Of a stretch of DNA of 64,000 nt, positions 17,780 to 26,930 are shown one piece after another. Below the pieces are notes generated by a model. It was not told where the DNA came from, did no database searches, and worked only from the letters and a program-made list of their open reading frames with translations. The DNA is from an uncultured delta proteobacterium (GTDB lineage: Bacteria > Desulfobacterota > Desulfobaccia > Desulfobaccales > 0-14-0-80-60-11), in the NCBI GenBank assembly GCA_963812015.1, contig CAWETI010000002.1, positions 1,440,001 to 1,504,000 of the forward strand. Reading direction: 5' to 3'. Every line of letters begins with the position of its first letter. Positions within the stretch are counted from its first letter, which is position 1. A program made the translations under genes and the position numbers.

Positions 17780-19672
17780 TTGAAGCTCACCGCCATCAAA
17801 TCGAGGGCCATTGGGTATCGGTTTGGATTAGGCGATGGAGTGCCACTGAAATTCACCCCATTGAAAGTCCTCAGGTCGAATGGGGGCCATGGGACTGTTG
17901 ACGATACCCCCAATCTCACCTGGATTTTCCTTCTCTTTTTTGTATCCGCTAGTTTTCTGGCGTTCTCGTCCGTCCTGTCCTCGTTCTTCTTGTCGGATGA
18001 TTTTTGCCTGATAAGTTTAATCCGGGCAAGAGGTGCCTTCGGGATGTGGACTCGGAACAGTAACTTTTTTCGCCCGATCATTAGCCTGAGTATTTTTCTC
18101 GATCATTATTTGTGGGATTTAAATCCACTGGGCTACCATTGCACCAATATCTTTCTCCATGGCTTAAACTCATTTTTGGTTTGCCAGATATTATTAATTA
18201 TAATGAATAGATCTGCGACCAACAGTAAGGAAAGGGTAATTCCATTTTTTGCAGGATTGTTGTTCTTAGTTTTGCCATGTCATGCCGAATCAGTTGCGTG
18301 GATATCAGGCCGCACTGATGTAATTGCCACATTTTTTATGTTAATAAGTTTTTATATGTATTTATATTTTAATTCATATAGCAAAAAATATTTCCTTTAC
18401 ATTTCCATTTTATCATTTATCTTGGCTTTATTGTCAAAGGAGTCAGCTATAACAATGCCTGCTATAGTATTTCTTTTAGCAGTTTATCTTTATTTGACAA
18501 GTTTAGGTAAATATAGCGATATGCGTCGATTAATATTTATCAATTCTCCATATTTTTTAATAATCCCAGTTTATTTGTTACTCAGGTATGTATCCATAGG
18601 GGCTCTCCTGGGGGAGTTCGGGCCTAACATTTTTTCACAATTGAATTTTACAATCTTCTTGGAAACCATTGGCTCACAGTGTGCCAAGATCATTTTACCC
18701 TTAACGTTATTGAAATATTTTAATAATTATTGGGGGAGTTATCATCTTTTTCTCCCGGTTTGGTATATAGTATTAATTATTTCTGCATTGATTGTTTCCA
18801 TTTTAGTGGTAATGATAATAAAAATAAATATATTTAATGTATTGTCCGATGCAGTAAAAAATGCGTTGTTGTCTGGTGTCTTGCTTTCCATGTTTATATT
18901 ATCATTAATCCCTGTTATTGGCATGCCTATCTCTTTAACTGACAGTCAGAGTGATCGCTACGCTTATCTTCCGTCAATATTTCTAATTATATTGGTTGTG
19001 TTATTTATTAAGACCGTTTTTAGAAAGAAACGCTATTCTATAGTGTTATTAACTATTATTACTTCTTTATATAGTTATGCATTGGTCCAAGCCAATGTAA
19101 ACTGGAAAATTGCCGGGACCATATCACAAGATATTGTCAATAAGTTGGTGGGATATGATAAGTGTGACCATCTTTTTGTGATTAATATTCCCGACAATCT
19201 CAACGGTGCCTATATCTTTCGCAACGGCTTGGATTACGCCATTCCCCTTTTTATGCCAGCACCTCCTTATAGCAAGTTGATAGTTGTTTCATTCCAAAAT
19301 CTTTTCAGTGAAACCGAGGATATTCGAGTAAATTGCCGCTCGGACATGATTTCGGTGGCATTCAACCATTCCTCTGCAAGCAGGACGAGCAATCCGGATT
19401 TTTGGATCAACCGCAACCTTAATGCCGACGGCAATCACCCGGCGCACATCCCCTCTGGAGGTTCTTTTCAGACCCCCCTCTATGGAATTTCCGGATTTGA
19501 ACCCACTGGCTACCAGATAAAGTTCACACACCTTGGCAACCAGGATCGGGTGGCCTATTTCACCCAAGGACGGTTAACTGATTTAAGCTGCCCGCTCTAT
19601 AGCGAGTTCAGGACCCCACCAACAGATCAAGGGCAACTTGCCCACCTGGCGGGGCTGGCAGGCCGCCGGTGA
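17780..19672 (+). CDS. GT-C-fold polytopic membrane glycosyltransferase (ArnT/PMT/TMTC-like); start uncertain
   Basis: SDDF, FRPI, PLGYH..N..LH, HAESVAWISGRTD, LLSKESA, DRYAYLPS; many TM segments; strongly AT-rich core. Confidence 0.78.
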   Translation: MKLTAIKSRAIGYRFGLGDGVPLKFTPLKVLRSNGGHGTVDDTPNLTWIFLLFFVSASFLAFSSVLSSFFLSDDFCLISLIRARGAFGMWTRNSNFFRPIISLSIFLDHYLWDLNPLGYHCTNIFLHGLNSFLVCQILLIIMNRSATNSKERVIPFFAGLLFLVLPCHAESVAWISGRTDVIATFFMLISFYMYLYFNSYSKKYFLYISILSFILALLSKESAITMPAIVFLLAVYLYLTSLGKYSDMRRLIFINSPYFLIIPVYLLLRYVSIGALLGEFGPNIFSQLNFTIFLETIGSQCAKIILPLTLLKYFNNYWGSYHLFLPVWYIVLIISALIVSILVVMIIKINIFNVLSDAVKNALLSGVLLSMFILSLIPVIGMPISLTDSQSDRYAYLPSIFLIILVVLFIKTVFRKKRYSIVLLTIITSLYSYALVQANVNWKIAGTISQDIVNKLVGYDKCDHLFVINIPDNLNGAYIFRNGLDYAIPLFMPAPPYSKLIVVSFQNLFSETEDIRVNCRSDMISVAFNHSSASRTSNPDFWINRNLNADGNHPAHIPSGGSFQTPLYGISGFEPTGYQIKFTHLGNQDRVAYFTQGRLTDLSCPLYSEFRTPPTDQGQLAHLAGLAGRR

Positions 19673-19801
19673 TGCGGCTTTTTTTCCCAAGGGGCTGGCA
19701 TCGGCACATTACGAGAACTATCTTCCTAATGGATAGGGCGAGAGGTTGAGCGGGCGGTGGCCCTTACGCCGCTAAAATTTATGGGGACAGAGGTTCAGCG
19801 A

Positions 19802-20476
19802 ATGAAAATCAGGTTTAGTCTGGTCATGGCCCTGTGGTTCACTCTGGTCAACTTGAGCGCCGGGTTCGGCGCCGAGGCCGTCAAGCTGCCGGCCCCGGCC
19901 ACGAAGGGCACCGTATCGGTGGAGGAGGCTTTACAAAACCGGCGTTCCACGCGACGGTTCGCCAACCGTTCCCTGGAGCTGGCGCAAATCTCCCAACTGC
20001 TGTGGGCTGCGGACGGGGTCAATAATCCCCAGGGGAAAAGGACTGCGCCCGCCGCCCGGGCTGCCTATGCCGTGAACCTCTACCTGGTGGTGGGGGATCG
20101 GGGCGTGACCAACCTGGCCCCGGGCATTTACCGTTACCTGGTGGCGGATAATACCCTGGAACCGGTGGCCAAAGGCGAGTTCCGCCCCGGGGTGGCCAAG
20201 GCTTGTAATTCCCAGGCCTGGATGACCGAAGCCCCGGTGATGGTGGTGATTACGGGGGATTACGCCCGCTGTGCGGTCAAGAATGGGGATAAAGCGCAGA
20301 TGTATACCCACATGGAGTCCGGTTTTGTCGCCCAGAACCTTTTCCTGCAGGTGGGGGCCCTGGGGCTGGGATCCGGAATCGCCGGGGGATTCAATGACAA
20401 GGCCCTGGCCCAGGTCCTGAAACTCCCCCAGAACGAGGTTCCCCTCCTGGTGATGCCGATGGGGTATAAAAATTAG
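19802..20476 (+). CDS. SagB/ThcOx-family dehydrogenase, paralogue 2
   Basis: RRSTRRF, QISQLLWAA, RTAPAA, HMESGFVAQN; aligns by eye with 17087..17770; GAGG RBS. Confidence 0.88.
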   Translation: MKIRFSLVMALWFTLVNLSAGFGAEAVKLPAPATKGTVSVEEALQNRRSTRRFANRSLELAQISQLLWAADGVNNPQGKRTAPAARAAYAVNLYLVVGDRGVTNLAPGIYRYLVADNTLEPVAKGEFRPGVAKACNSQAWMTEAPVMVVITGDYARCAVKNGDKAQMYTHMESGFVAQNLFLQVGALGLGSGIAGGFNDKALAQVLKLPQNEVPLLVMPMGYKN

Positions 20477-20531
20477 GGGTCAGGGATCAGGGGCCAGCCA
20501 GAATTATCTTGTCATCCCTGGCCCCTGAACC

Positions 20532-20969
20532 CTATTTCTTGGAAAGATGAATATAAGTGCACAGCCCCTTGGCCACCAGGCGGTCGGCCTGGCGCACCTC
20601 GAATTCCCCCAGGGAGATGGTGCGGCCCCGCTTGGCGATGTGGGCCTCGGCGGTCACGTCCCCATCCCTCACCGCCCCCAAAAAGTTGATCTTCATCTCC
20701 ACCGTGTTGAACATTTCCCCCTCCGGCACCAGACTGTAGAGGGCGAAGGCCACGGCCTCATCCGCCAGGGCGGCGATGACGCCACCTTGCAGGAGGCCGA
20801 TGGTGTTGGCCAGTTCGGGTTTGAAGGGCAGCAGGAAGCAGGCATAACCCTTGCCTAATTGGGGAACCTGGATGCCGACAAACTTGATAAAGGGATTGGC
20901 CGCCAGTTTTTTCCGGATGGCGGCTTCCAACTCCGGGGCTAAAGGTTCGATGCTTACCTTCATGGACAT
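20532..20969 (-). CDS. PaaI-family (hotdog) thioesterase
   Basis: NTIGLLQGGVIAALADEA, TVEMKINFL, KRGRTISL. Confidence 0.9.
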   Translation of the reverse strand: MSMKVSIEPLAPELEAAIRKKLAANPFIKFVGIQVPQLGKGYACFLLPFKPELANTIGLLQGGVIAALADEAVAFALYSLVPEGEMFNTVEMKINFLGAVRDGDVTAEAHIAKRGRTISLGEFEVRQADRLVAKGLCTYIHLSKK

Positions 20970-21269
20970 TCTCCCCATGCACTGAAATAATTGTCCGGTG
21001 GGGAGGCCGTCCCTGGCCGCCGTCAGGCAATCCACCGGCTGCTTGGGGCGGCGGGCCCGGAGGCCTGCGCCACCGGCTTATGGCTCTTATGAATAGAGAA
21101 AACCATACCACAGGCAGGGCGCCGGCGCCACCGGCCCGAAGTTACCATTGCAGCGGGTAGGGCGGCTCAAGGGGAAAAACGGTGGCCAGGCCCTATCGCA
21201 CTATCGCCTGGGGGGCAAATTTTTTATAATATATAAATAATCTGAGAAAACTTAATCAGGAGTCATCCG

Positions 21270-22034
21270 ATGAAAATCGCCATCAGCGGCAAAGGCGGGG
21301 TGGGGAAAACCACCCTGGCGGCCCTTTTGATCAATTATTTCCGGAGCCAAGGGAAGAAGGTGCTGGCGGTGGACGCCGACCCCGACGCCAACCTGGCCCT
21401 GGCGCTGGGGGTTTCCGATCCGGAGAACATCATCCCCTTGAGCCAGATGAAAGAGATGATCGCGGAGCGCACCGAGTCCAAGCCCGGGTCCATGGGGGGC
21501 TTTTTCAAGTTTAACCCCAAGGTGGACGACATCCCGGAGAAATTTGCCCGGGAAATCGACGGCATCAAGCTCATCGTCATGGGGGGCGTCAAGAAGGGTG
21601 GCAGCGGCTGCGTCTGCCCCGAAAGCGTGCTGCTCCGCACCCTGGTGACCCACATGGTGCTCCTCCGGGATGAAGTGGTGGTCATGGACATGGAGGCGGG
21701 GATCGAACACCTGGGCCGGGCTACGGCCCAGGGGGTGGACCGCCTCATCATCGTGGTGGAACCGGGGCGCCGCAGCATCGAAACCGCCATGCACGTGAAA
21801 GATTTGGCCGGAGACCTCGGCCTCAAAAAGGTGGCGGTGGTGGGCAGCAAGATCCGCAGCGCCTCCGACGAAGAGTTCCTCCGTAAGAATCTGCCCGATT
21901 TTCCCATCCTGGGATTCATCCCCTTTGATGACCAGATCATCGAAGCCGACCTGAAGGGGCGGCCGCCGTACGAAGCGGTGCCGTCGCTGCTTAAGGTGGC
22001 GGAAACCATCGGCCAGAGCCTCAGCGAGACCTAA
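21270..22034 (+). CDS. cooC: CooC/AcsF nickel-insertion ATPase
   Basis: MKIAISGKGGVGKTT, DADPDANL, GSGCVCPE (CxC Ni site), DMEAGIEHLGR. Confidence 0.92.
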   Translation: MKIAISGKGGVGKTTLAALLINYFRSQGKKVLAVDADPDANLALALGVSDPENIIPLSQMKEMIAERTESKPGSMGGFFKFNPKVDDIPEKFAREIDGIKLIVMGGVKKGGSGCVCPESVLLRTLVTHMVLLRDEVVVMDMEAGIEHLGRATAQGVDRLIIVVEPGRRSIETAMHVKDLAGDLGLKKVAVVGSKIRSASDEEFLRKNLPDFPILGFIPFDDQIIEADLKGRPPYEAVPSLLKVAETIGQSLSET

Positions 22035-22045
22035 ACAAAATTCTG

Positions 22046-22209
22046 GGGAAAAAGGCGAAAAGGGGAAAAGGCGAAGAGGGAAAAGCAACCGCATAGCTTC
22101 TCATTTCGGAACCAAGGCGCCTTATTGCTCACCGGCTACTTTAAAAGATGCATAAATTTATGATCTTTTTCATTTCCTTTTCGCCTTTTACCCTTTTCGC
22201 CTGTTCCCC
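22046..22209. repeat. Inverted pair of short tandem octamer-like repeats (AAAAGGCG/AAAAGGGG and complement)
   Basis: 22046-22085 purine units and 22174-22209 complementary pyrimidine units; same family at 42191-42385 and 46680-46746. Confidence 0.65.
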
Positions 22210-22226
22210 CGTGCTTTAATACGCCC

Positions 22227-23465
22227 ATGCCCCCTAAGCCCCAGGCCAACCTGACCCGGTCCCTCAAGTTTCTGGTGGTCGCCGTCCTTTACTTCGCTGA
22301 AGGGGTGCCCTTCGGGTTTGTCTACACCACCCTGTCCTACTACCTCCGCAGCCGGGGCGTGCCCCTGGAGCAGATCGGCATCCTGAGCCTCCTGGGCCTG
22401 GCCTGGAGCCTCAAGGTCTTGTGGAGTCCCCTGGCGGACCGTTTCGGCTCCCGGGCGGCCTGGCTGGTGCCGGCCCAGGCCCTGGTGGTGGCCAGCATGC
22501 TTGGCCTGGCCTACCTGGCTAACGCCCCCATCACCCTAACGTTCTGGGTCCTGGTGGGGGTCTTGTGCCTGGCCTCGGCCACCCAGGACTTGGCGGTGGA
22601 CGCCTACACCATCGACCTCCTGGATACCGATGAACTGGGCATGGCCAACGGTATCCGCATCGGGGCTTATCGGGTGGGCCTCATCGCCGCGGGGGGCGGG
22701 GTGCTGATCCTGAGCGACCTGGTGGGCTGGAGCCCCACCTTCGTGGGGGTGGCCATCATTATGGCCGCCCTGGCCCTGACCGTGGTGGCGTTCAGCCCCT
22801 TTCACCGGGCCCGGCCCGAAGTAGCCCGGGCCCAAACCGGCAAAGGCCTCGGCCAGATTAAAGAGTCATTCCAAGGGCTGATGCGCCATCCCCACATGGG
22901 GGCCATCATCGCCTTCATTCTGGCCTATAAGGCCGGGGACGCCTTACTGGGGGCCATGATAAGCCCCTTCTGGCGGGACCTGGGCTTTTCGGGCACCCAG
23001 TTCGGGGTGGCCTCCATCATCATGGGGAAAGTCCCCGCCATCCTGGGCGGGTTCCTGGGGGGCATCATCACGGCCCGCTGGGGCATCAGCCGGGCCTTAT
23101 GGCTCCTGGGCATCTTCCAGGCCTGCTCCATCCTGGGCTACTGGGCCGCGGCCCTGCCGGGCGCCTGGCATTACACCATTTACCTGGCCACCCTGATAGA
23201 AAACCTGGCCGGCCAGATGGGCTCCGCCGCGTTCATGGCCTTCCTCATGTGCCTGTGCGATAAACGCTATAGCGCCTCCCACTATGCCTTCCTGTCCATG
23301 CTCTTCGGCCTGAGCGGCCGCCTGTGCGGCTACCTGGGGGGCTGGGCCGCGGCCTATTTCGGCTACGCCACCTTCTTCTTCCTGAGCTTCCTCATCGCCT
23401 GGCCCGCCTTCGCCCTGCTCCCCTGGGTCCTGCCCGTGATCCGCAAGATCGAGGGGAGAGAATGA
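22227..23465 (+). CDS. AmpG-family MFS muropeptide permease
   Basis: LYFAEGVPFG, WSLKVLWSPLAD, SATQDLAVDAY, YKAGD; about 12 TM segments. Confidence 0.88.
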   Translation: MPPKPQANLTRSLKFLVVAVLYFAEGVPFGFVYTTLSYYLRSRGVPLEQIGILSLLGLAWSLKVLWSPLADRFGSRAAWLVPAQALVVASMLGLAYLANAPITLTFWVLVGVLCLASATQDLAVDAYTIDLLDTDELGMANGIRIGAYRVGLIAAGGGVLILSDLVGWSPTFVGVAIIMAALALTVVAFSPFHRARPEVARAQTGKGLGQIKESFQGLMRHPHMGAIIAFILAYKAGDALLGAMISPFWRDLGFSGTQFGVASIIMGKVPAILGGFLGGIITARWGISRALWLLGIFQACSILGYWAAALPGAWHYTIYLATLIENLAGQMGSAAFMAFLMCLCDKRYSASHYAFLSMLFGLSGRLCGYLGGWAAAYFGYATFFFLSFLIAWPAFALLPWVLPVIRKIEGRE

Positions 23466-23712
23466 TTGAAGGGAGGGCGGGATCAGTGCTGCCCGGCAGG
23501 CATTTTGCACCCAGGGTTAAGCGGGTACATTGAAGGAATGTAGCCGCACGCTTTAGCCTGTGCCACCAAAGATTTTTCTTGAAGAGGGGAGTCCTCGGAA
23601 TACCCAGGATAGCCGGGATACGGGCTTGTTAGTTAATGTGAACGTCATGTTATCTCCGGTGCGTCACCTGGTGGCCTCCCCAAATACCCAACCTCCTGAG
23701 ATTCCTAATATA

Positions 23713-23741
23713 TTGCAATCCTAGCCCTAGGGGGCTATACT
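23713..23741 (+). promoter_or_regulatory. Sigma70-type promoter for prmA (possibly leaderless)
   Basis: TTGCAA-17 bp-TATACT directly before ATGs at 23742 and 23748. Confidence 0.55.
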
Positions 23742-23747
23742 ATGCTT

Positions 23748-24641
23748 ATGGCTCAAGAAACCTGGATTGAGGTGCGCGTTCTCGTGCCTGCCCGGATGCA
23801 GGAGGAGGCCTCCCTGTTTCTTACCGATTTCAGCGGCCGGGGAGTGATCATCGAGGAGGACAACGTCCCGGCGGGCGGTGTGGTCATCCGGTCTTATTTC
23901 CGGCCGGAGGAGTATGGCGACTGGCAGCGGCAAGAGTTGCAGGACTATATTAAGCGCCTCAGCGGCTATGAGCTCTATCCCCTGGGCCTGGAGGTCCGCC
24001 AGGTGGCCGAAGAAGACTGGGCCGAAGCCTGGAAGGCCCATTTCAAGCCCTTAAAGGTGACGGATCATGTGGTCATCCGGCCGCCTTGGGAGGAATACGC
24101 CGCCCAACCGGGCGAAACGGTGATCACCATCTACCCCGGCATGGCCTTCGGCACCGGTCGCCACGCCAGCACCCTGTTGTGCCTCAGGGCTCTGGAGCAG
24201 GTGTGGGAGGCGCGCCTGCCCCGGGCCGGTGGCCCCTGGCAGGTGCTGGACGTGGGCACCGGCACCGGCATCCTGGCCCTGGTGGCGGCCCGCTATGGAG
24301 CCGAGGTGCTGGCCATCGACCTGGACCCGGAGGCCGTGGCCGCGGCCTTGGAAAACGTGCGTCTGAACAATCTGGTTGACCGGGTGTATGTGGAGGAAAC
24401 GCCCCTCGCCTCACTGCGGCAGCAGTTCGGCCTCATCCTGGCCAACATCACCGCCCCGGATTTGCTCCAACTGGCCGAGGCCTTGACCGCCCGGCTGTTG
24501 AGCGAAGGCGTCTTGATCATCTCCGGGTTCCTGGCCGAAGACGTCCCGTCCCTTTTAAGTCGTTACCAGGGGCTGGGCTTGCACCAGACCGGGTTCCTTA
24601 CCCATGAGGATTGGGGCGCCTTGATTTTCCGACGTCCTTAA
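23748..24641 (+). CDS. prmA: 50S ribosomal protein L11 methyltransferase (alternative start 23742)
   Basis: EEDWAEAWKAHF, PGMAFGTGRH, VLDVGTGTGIL, ANI, ISG. Confidence 0.93.
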   Translation: MAQETWIEVRVLVPARMQEEASLFLTDFSGRGVIIEEDNVPAGGVVIRSYFRPEEYGDWQRQELQDYIKRLSGYELYPLGLEVRQVAEEDWAEAWKAHFKPLKVTDHVVIRPPWEEYAAQPGETVITIYPGMAFGTGRHASTLLCLRALEQVWEARLPRAGGPWQVLDVGTGTGILALVAARYGAEVLAIDLDPEAVAAALENVRLNNLVDRVYVEETPLASLRQQFGLILANITAPDLLQLAEALTARLLSEGVLIISGFLAEDVPSLLSRYQGLGLHQTGFLTHEDWGALIFRRP

Positions 24642-24706
24642 CCATTGACCGCAAAACTTGCGGCTCCGACGACAGCCTGTCGCCGGCTTGAGAATAAGGG
24701 GATTCC

Positions 24707-25036
24707 ATGAAAGATCTATTGCACAAGGCGTGGCTTTTTGGCGCGGGGGTGTTCGATTTCACCAAGGATAAGGTGGAGGCCCTGGTGGAGGAAATGGTGC
24801 AGCGGGGCGAAATCACCCAGCAAGAGAGCTCCGAGACCGTAAAACAATTGTTGACCAAGGCCCAGGAGGCCCAGCAGGCCATGGTGGAGAAGACCAAGGA
24901 ACTGGTGCATAAGGCCTTGGCGGAAACAAAATGTGCCAAAGCTGCTGACCTGGCGGCCCTGGGAAAACGCGTAGCCGCGTTGGAGAGGGAGATTCAGCGC
25001 TTAGAGGAAATGATGCGGGAAGTCAGCGGCGAGTAG
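24707..25036 (+). CDS. Phasin-like / PHA-regulator-family coiled-coil protein
   Basis: GAG..DFTKDKVEALVEEMVQRGEI and C-terminal LGKRVAALE pattern. Confidence 0.7.
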   Translation: MKDLLHKAWLFGAGVFDFTKDKVEALVEEMVQRGEITQQESSETVKQLLTKAQEAQQAMVEKTKELVHKALAETKCAKAADLAALGKRVAALEREIQRLEEMMREVSGE

Positions 25037-25081
25037 GGTGGATATCACCCGGAACCGATCGCTAAACCCTATTGCCAGACC

Positions 25082-25810
25082 ATGCGCCGATTCTATGCCC
25101 CGCCGGAACATTTTCAAGGCAACGTGGTGACCCTGGACCCGGAGGAGACCTTTCACCTGGCCCGAGTCCTGCGCCTTGCGGTGGGGGCCTGGGTGGAGGT
25201 CTGCGACGGCCAGGGAGGGAATTTTGCGGCCCGGGTGGCTACCCTGGAACCCCGGGGGGCCACGCTTTGCATCATGGAAAAGCTGGACCCCTGGGGAGAG
25301 TCGCCTCTGCCCCTGGTCCTGGGGATCGGCCTGGCCAAAGGGGAGGCCCTGGATGAGGCCGTTCGCCAGGCCACCGAGATGGGGGTGAGCCGGATTTTTC
25401 CCTTCATCTCGGAGCGGTCGGAACGGCTCCCCCCGGAGCGGGTGGTGCGGCGCCGGGAACGCTGGCAGCGTCTGGCCCGGGAGAGCATCAAGTCCTGCCA
25501 GCGGTCGTTGCTGCCCGGGATCGAGGCGCCTCGGGATTTTGCGGCGGCGCTGGAAGGGCCCGAGGAGATCAAACTCATCTTCTGGGAAGAAGAGCGGGGC
25601 GGGGGGCTCAAGTCCTTTCTCGAGCTGCCCCGGCCCCGGGACGCCAGGATTCTCATCGGGCCGGAAGGAGGGTTTTCTCCCCATGAGGCGGACCTGGCCC
25701 GGGAGGCCGGCTTTCACGTGGTGAGCCTGGGGCCCCGCCGTCTCAAGGTGGCCACCGCGGCCCTGGCGGCCATCACCTTGGTGCAGTATGCCTGGGGGGA
25801 CCTGGCCTGA
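25082..25810 (+). CDS. rsmE: 16S rRNA m3U1498 methyltransferase
   Basis: HLARVLRL, QATEMGV, IGPEGGFS, SLGPRRL. Confidence 0.93.
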   Translation: MRRFYAPPEHFQGNVVTLDPEETFHLARVLRLAVGAWVEVCDGQGGNFAARVATLEPRGATLCIMEKLDPWGESPLPLVLGIGLAKGEALDEAVRQATEMGVSRIFPFISERSERLPPERVVRRRERWQRLARESIKSCQRSLLPGIEAPRDFAAALEGPEEIKLIFWEEERGGGLKSFLELPRPRDARILIGPEGGFSPHEADLAREAGFHVVSLGPRRLKVATAALAAITLVQYAWGDLA

Positions 25811-26730
25811 TGGCCGTCGACCTCCCCTACCGGGATCTCAATTCCTACCTGAAAGGTCGGTTCGGCGAGCGGATCCAGAAAATCACCCTGGATGCCGGGC
25901 TGACCTGCCCCAACCGGGACGGCCGGGTGTCCACCGGCGGTTGCCTCTACTGTAACGCCCGGGGCTCCGGCACCGGCGCCTGGGACCGGGGCCAGGACCT
26001 ACCGGCCCAAATAGCGGCGGGCCTGGAGGGCATGACCCGGCGCTACGGGGCGAGGCGGTTCATCGCCTATTTCCAAAGTTTTTCCAATACGTATGCGCCC
26101 CTTGCCAGGCTCCGGGAGCTCTACGAGGCCGCCCTGGCCTGGCCCCAGGTGGTGGGTCTGAGCATCGGCACCCGTCCGGATTGCCTGGCGGATGAGGTTC
26201 TGGACCTACTGGCCGGCTATGCCCGGGACCGGCTGATCTGGCTGGAGCTGGGGCTGCAATCCGCCCATGACGCGACGCTTGCGCGCATTAATCGGGGGCA
26301 CGACGTGGCTTGCTTCACCGAGGCCGCAAGCCGGGCCGCGGCCCGGGGCCTCCCGGTGGTGGCCCACGTGATTTTGGGACTGCCTGGAGAGGGCCCCCGG
26401 GAAATGACCGCCACCGCCGCCTATCTGGCCCGGCTCCCCTTGCAGGGGGTCAAAATCCACTTGCTCTATGTCATCAAGGATTCCGCCCTAGCTCGGCTGC
26501 ATGGGGACGGAAGGTACGTCTGCCTCACCGAAGACCAATACGTCAATCTTGTGGTGGACTTCATCGAACGGCTCCCTCCCCACTTGGTGATTCACCGGCT
26601 CACCGGCGACCCTCATCCCGAGGAGTTGGTGGCACCGGCCTGGTGCCTGGATAAATTCCGGGTTCTGCAACGCATCCGGGAGGAATTTGCCCGCCGGGGC
26701 ACACGCCAGGGGAGCCGGTGGGAAGGCTGA
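25810..26730 (+). CDS. TIGR01212-family radical SAM protein (YhcC/YtqA-like)
   Basis: TCPNRDG...GGCLYC, YFQSFSNTY, IGTRPDC, ELGLQS, HRLTGD. Confidence 0.92.
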   Translation: MAVDLPYRDLNSYLKGRFGERIQKITLDAGLTCPNRDGRVSTGGCLYCNARGSGTGAWDRGQDLPAQIAAGLEGMTRRYGARRFIAYFQSFSNTYAPLARLRELYEAALAWPQVVGLSIGTRPDCLADEVLDLLAGYARDRLIWLELGLQSAHDATLARINRGHDVACFTEAASRAAARGLPVVAHVILGLPGEGPREMTATAAYLARLPLQGVKIHLLYVIKDSALARLHGDGRYVCLTEDQYVNLVVDFIERLPPHLVIHRLTGDPHPEELVAPAWCLDKFRVLQRIREEFARRGTRQGSRWEG

Positions 26731-26930
26731 CCGGCGTCAAGATTTCTCGCCTGGAGCTAGTCTTGCTTTTTTCTCGCCACGTCCGGCATTTTTCTCCTGG
26801 GGATATTGGCGCTCCTGGGATATATTTACCTTGATCCGGTGCGGGAGCGGTTTTACCAGGCAGTCCTCCACCGGGCGGATGCGCGCCGTGATGAACGGCG
26901 CCGGCGTAAAGGAATTTATATGTCATCGCC

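Noticed and set aside
17087..20476. Thiazole/oxazole RiPP cluster suggested by SagB-like genes and the ThiF protein
   Set aside because: No YcaO cyclodehydratase, precursor peptide or exporter, and the ThiF gene lies ~9 kb away in another context.
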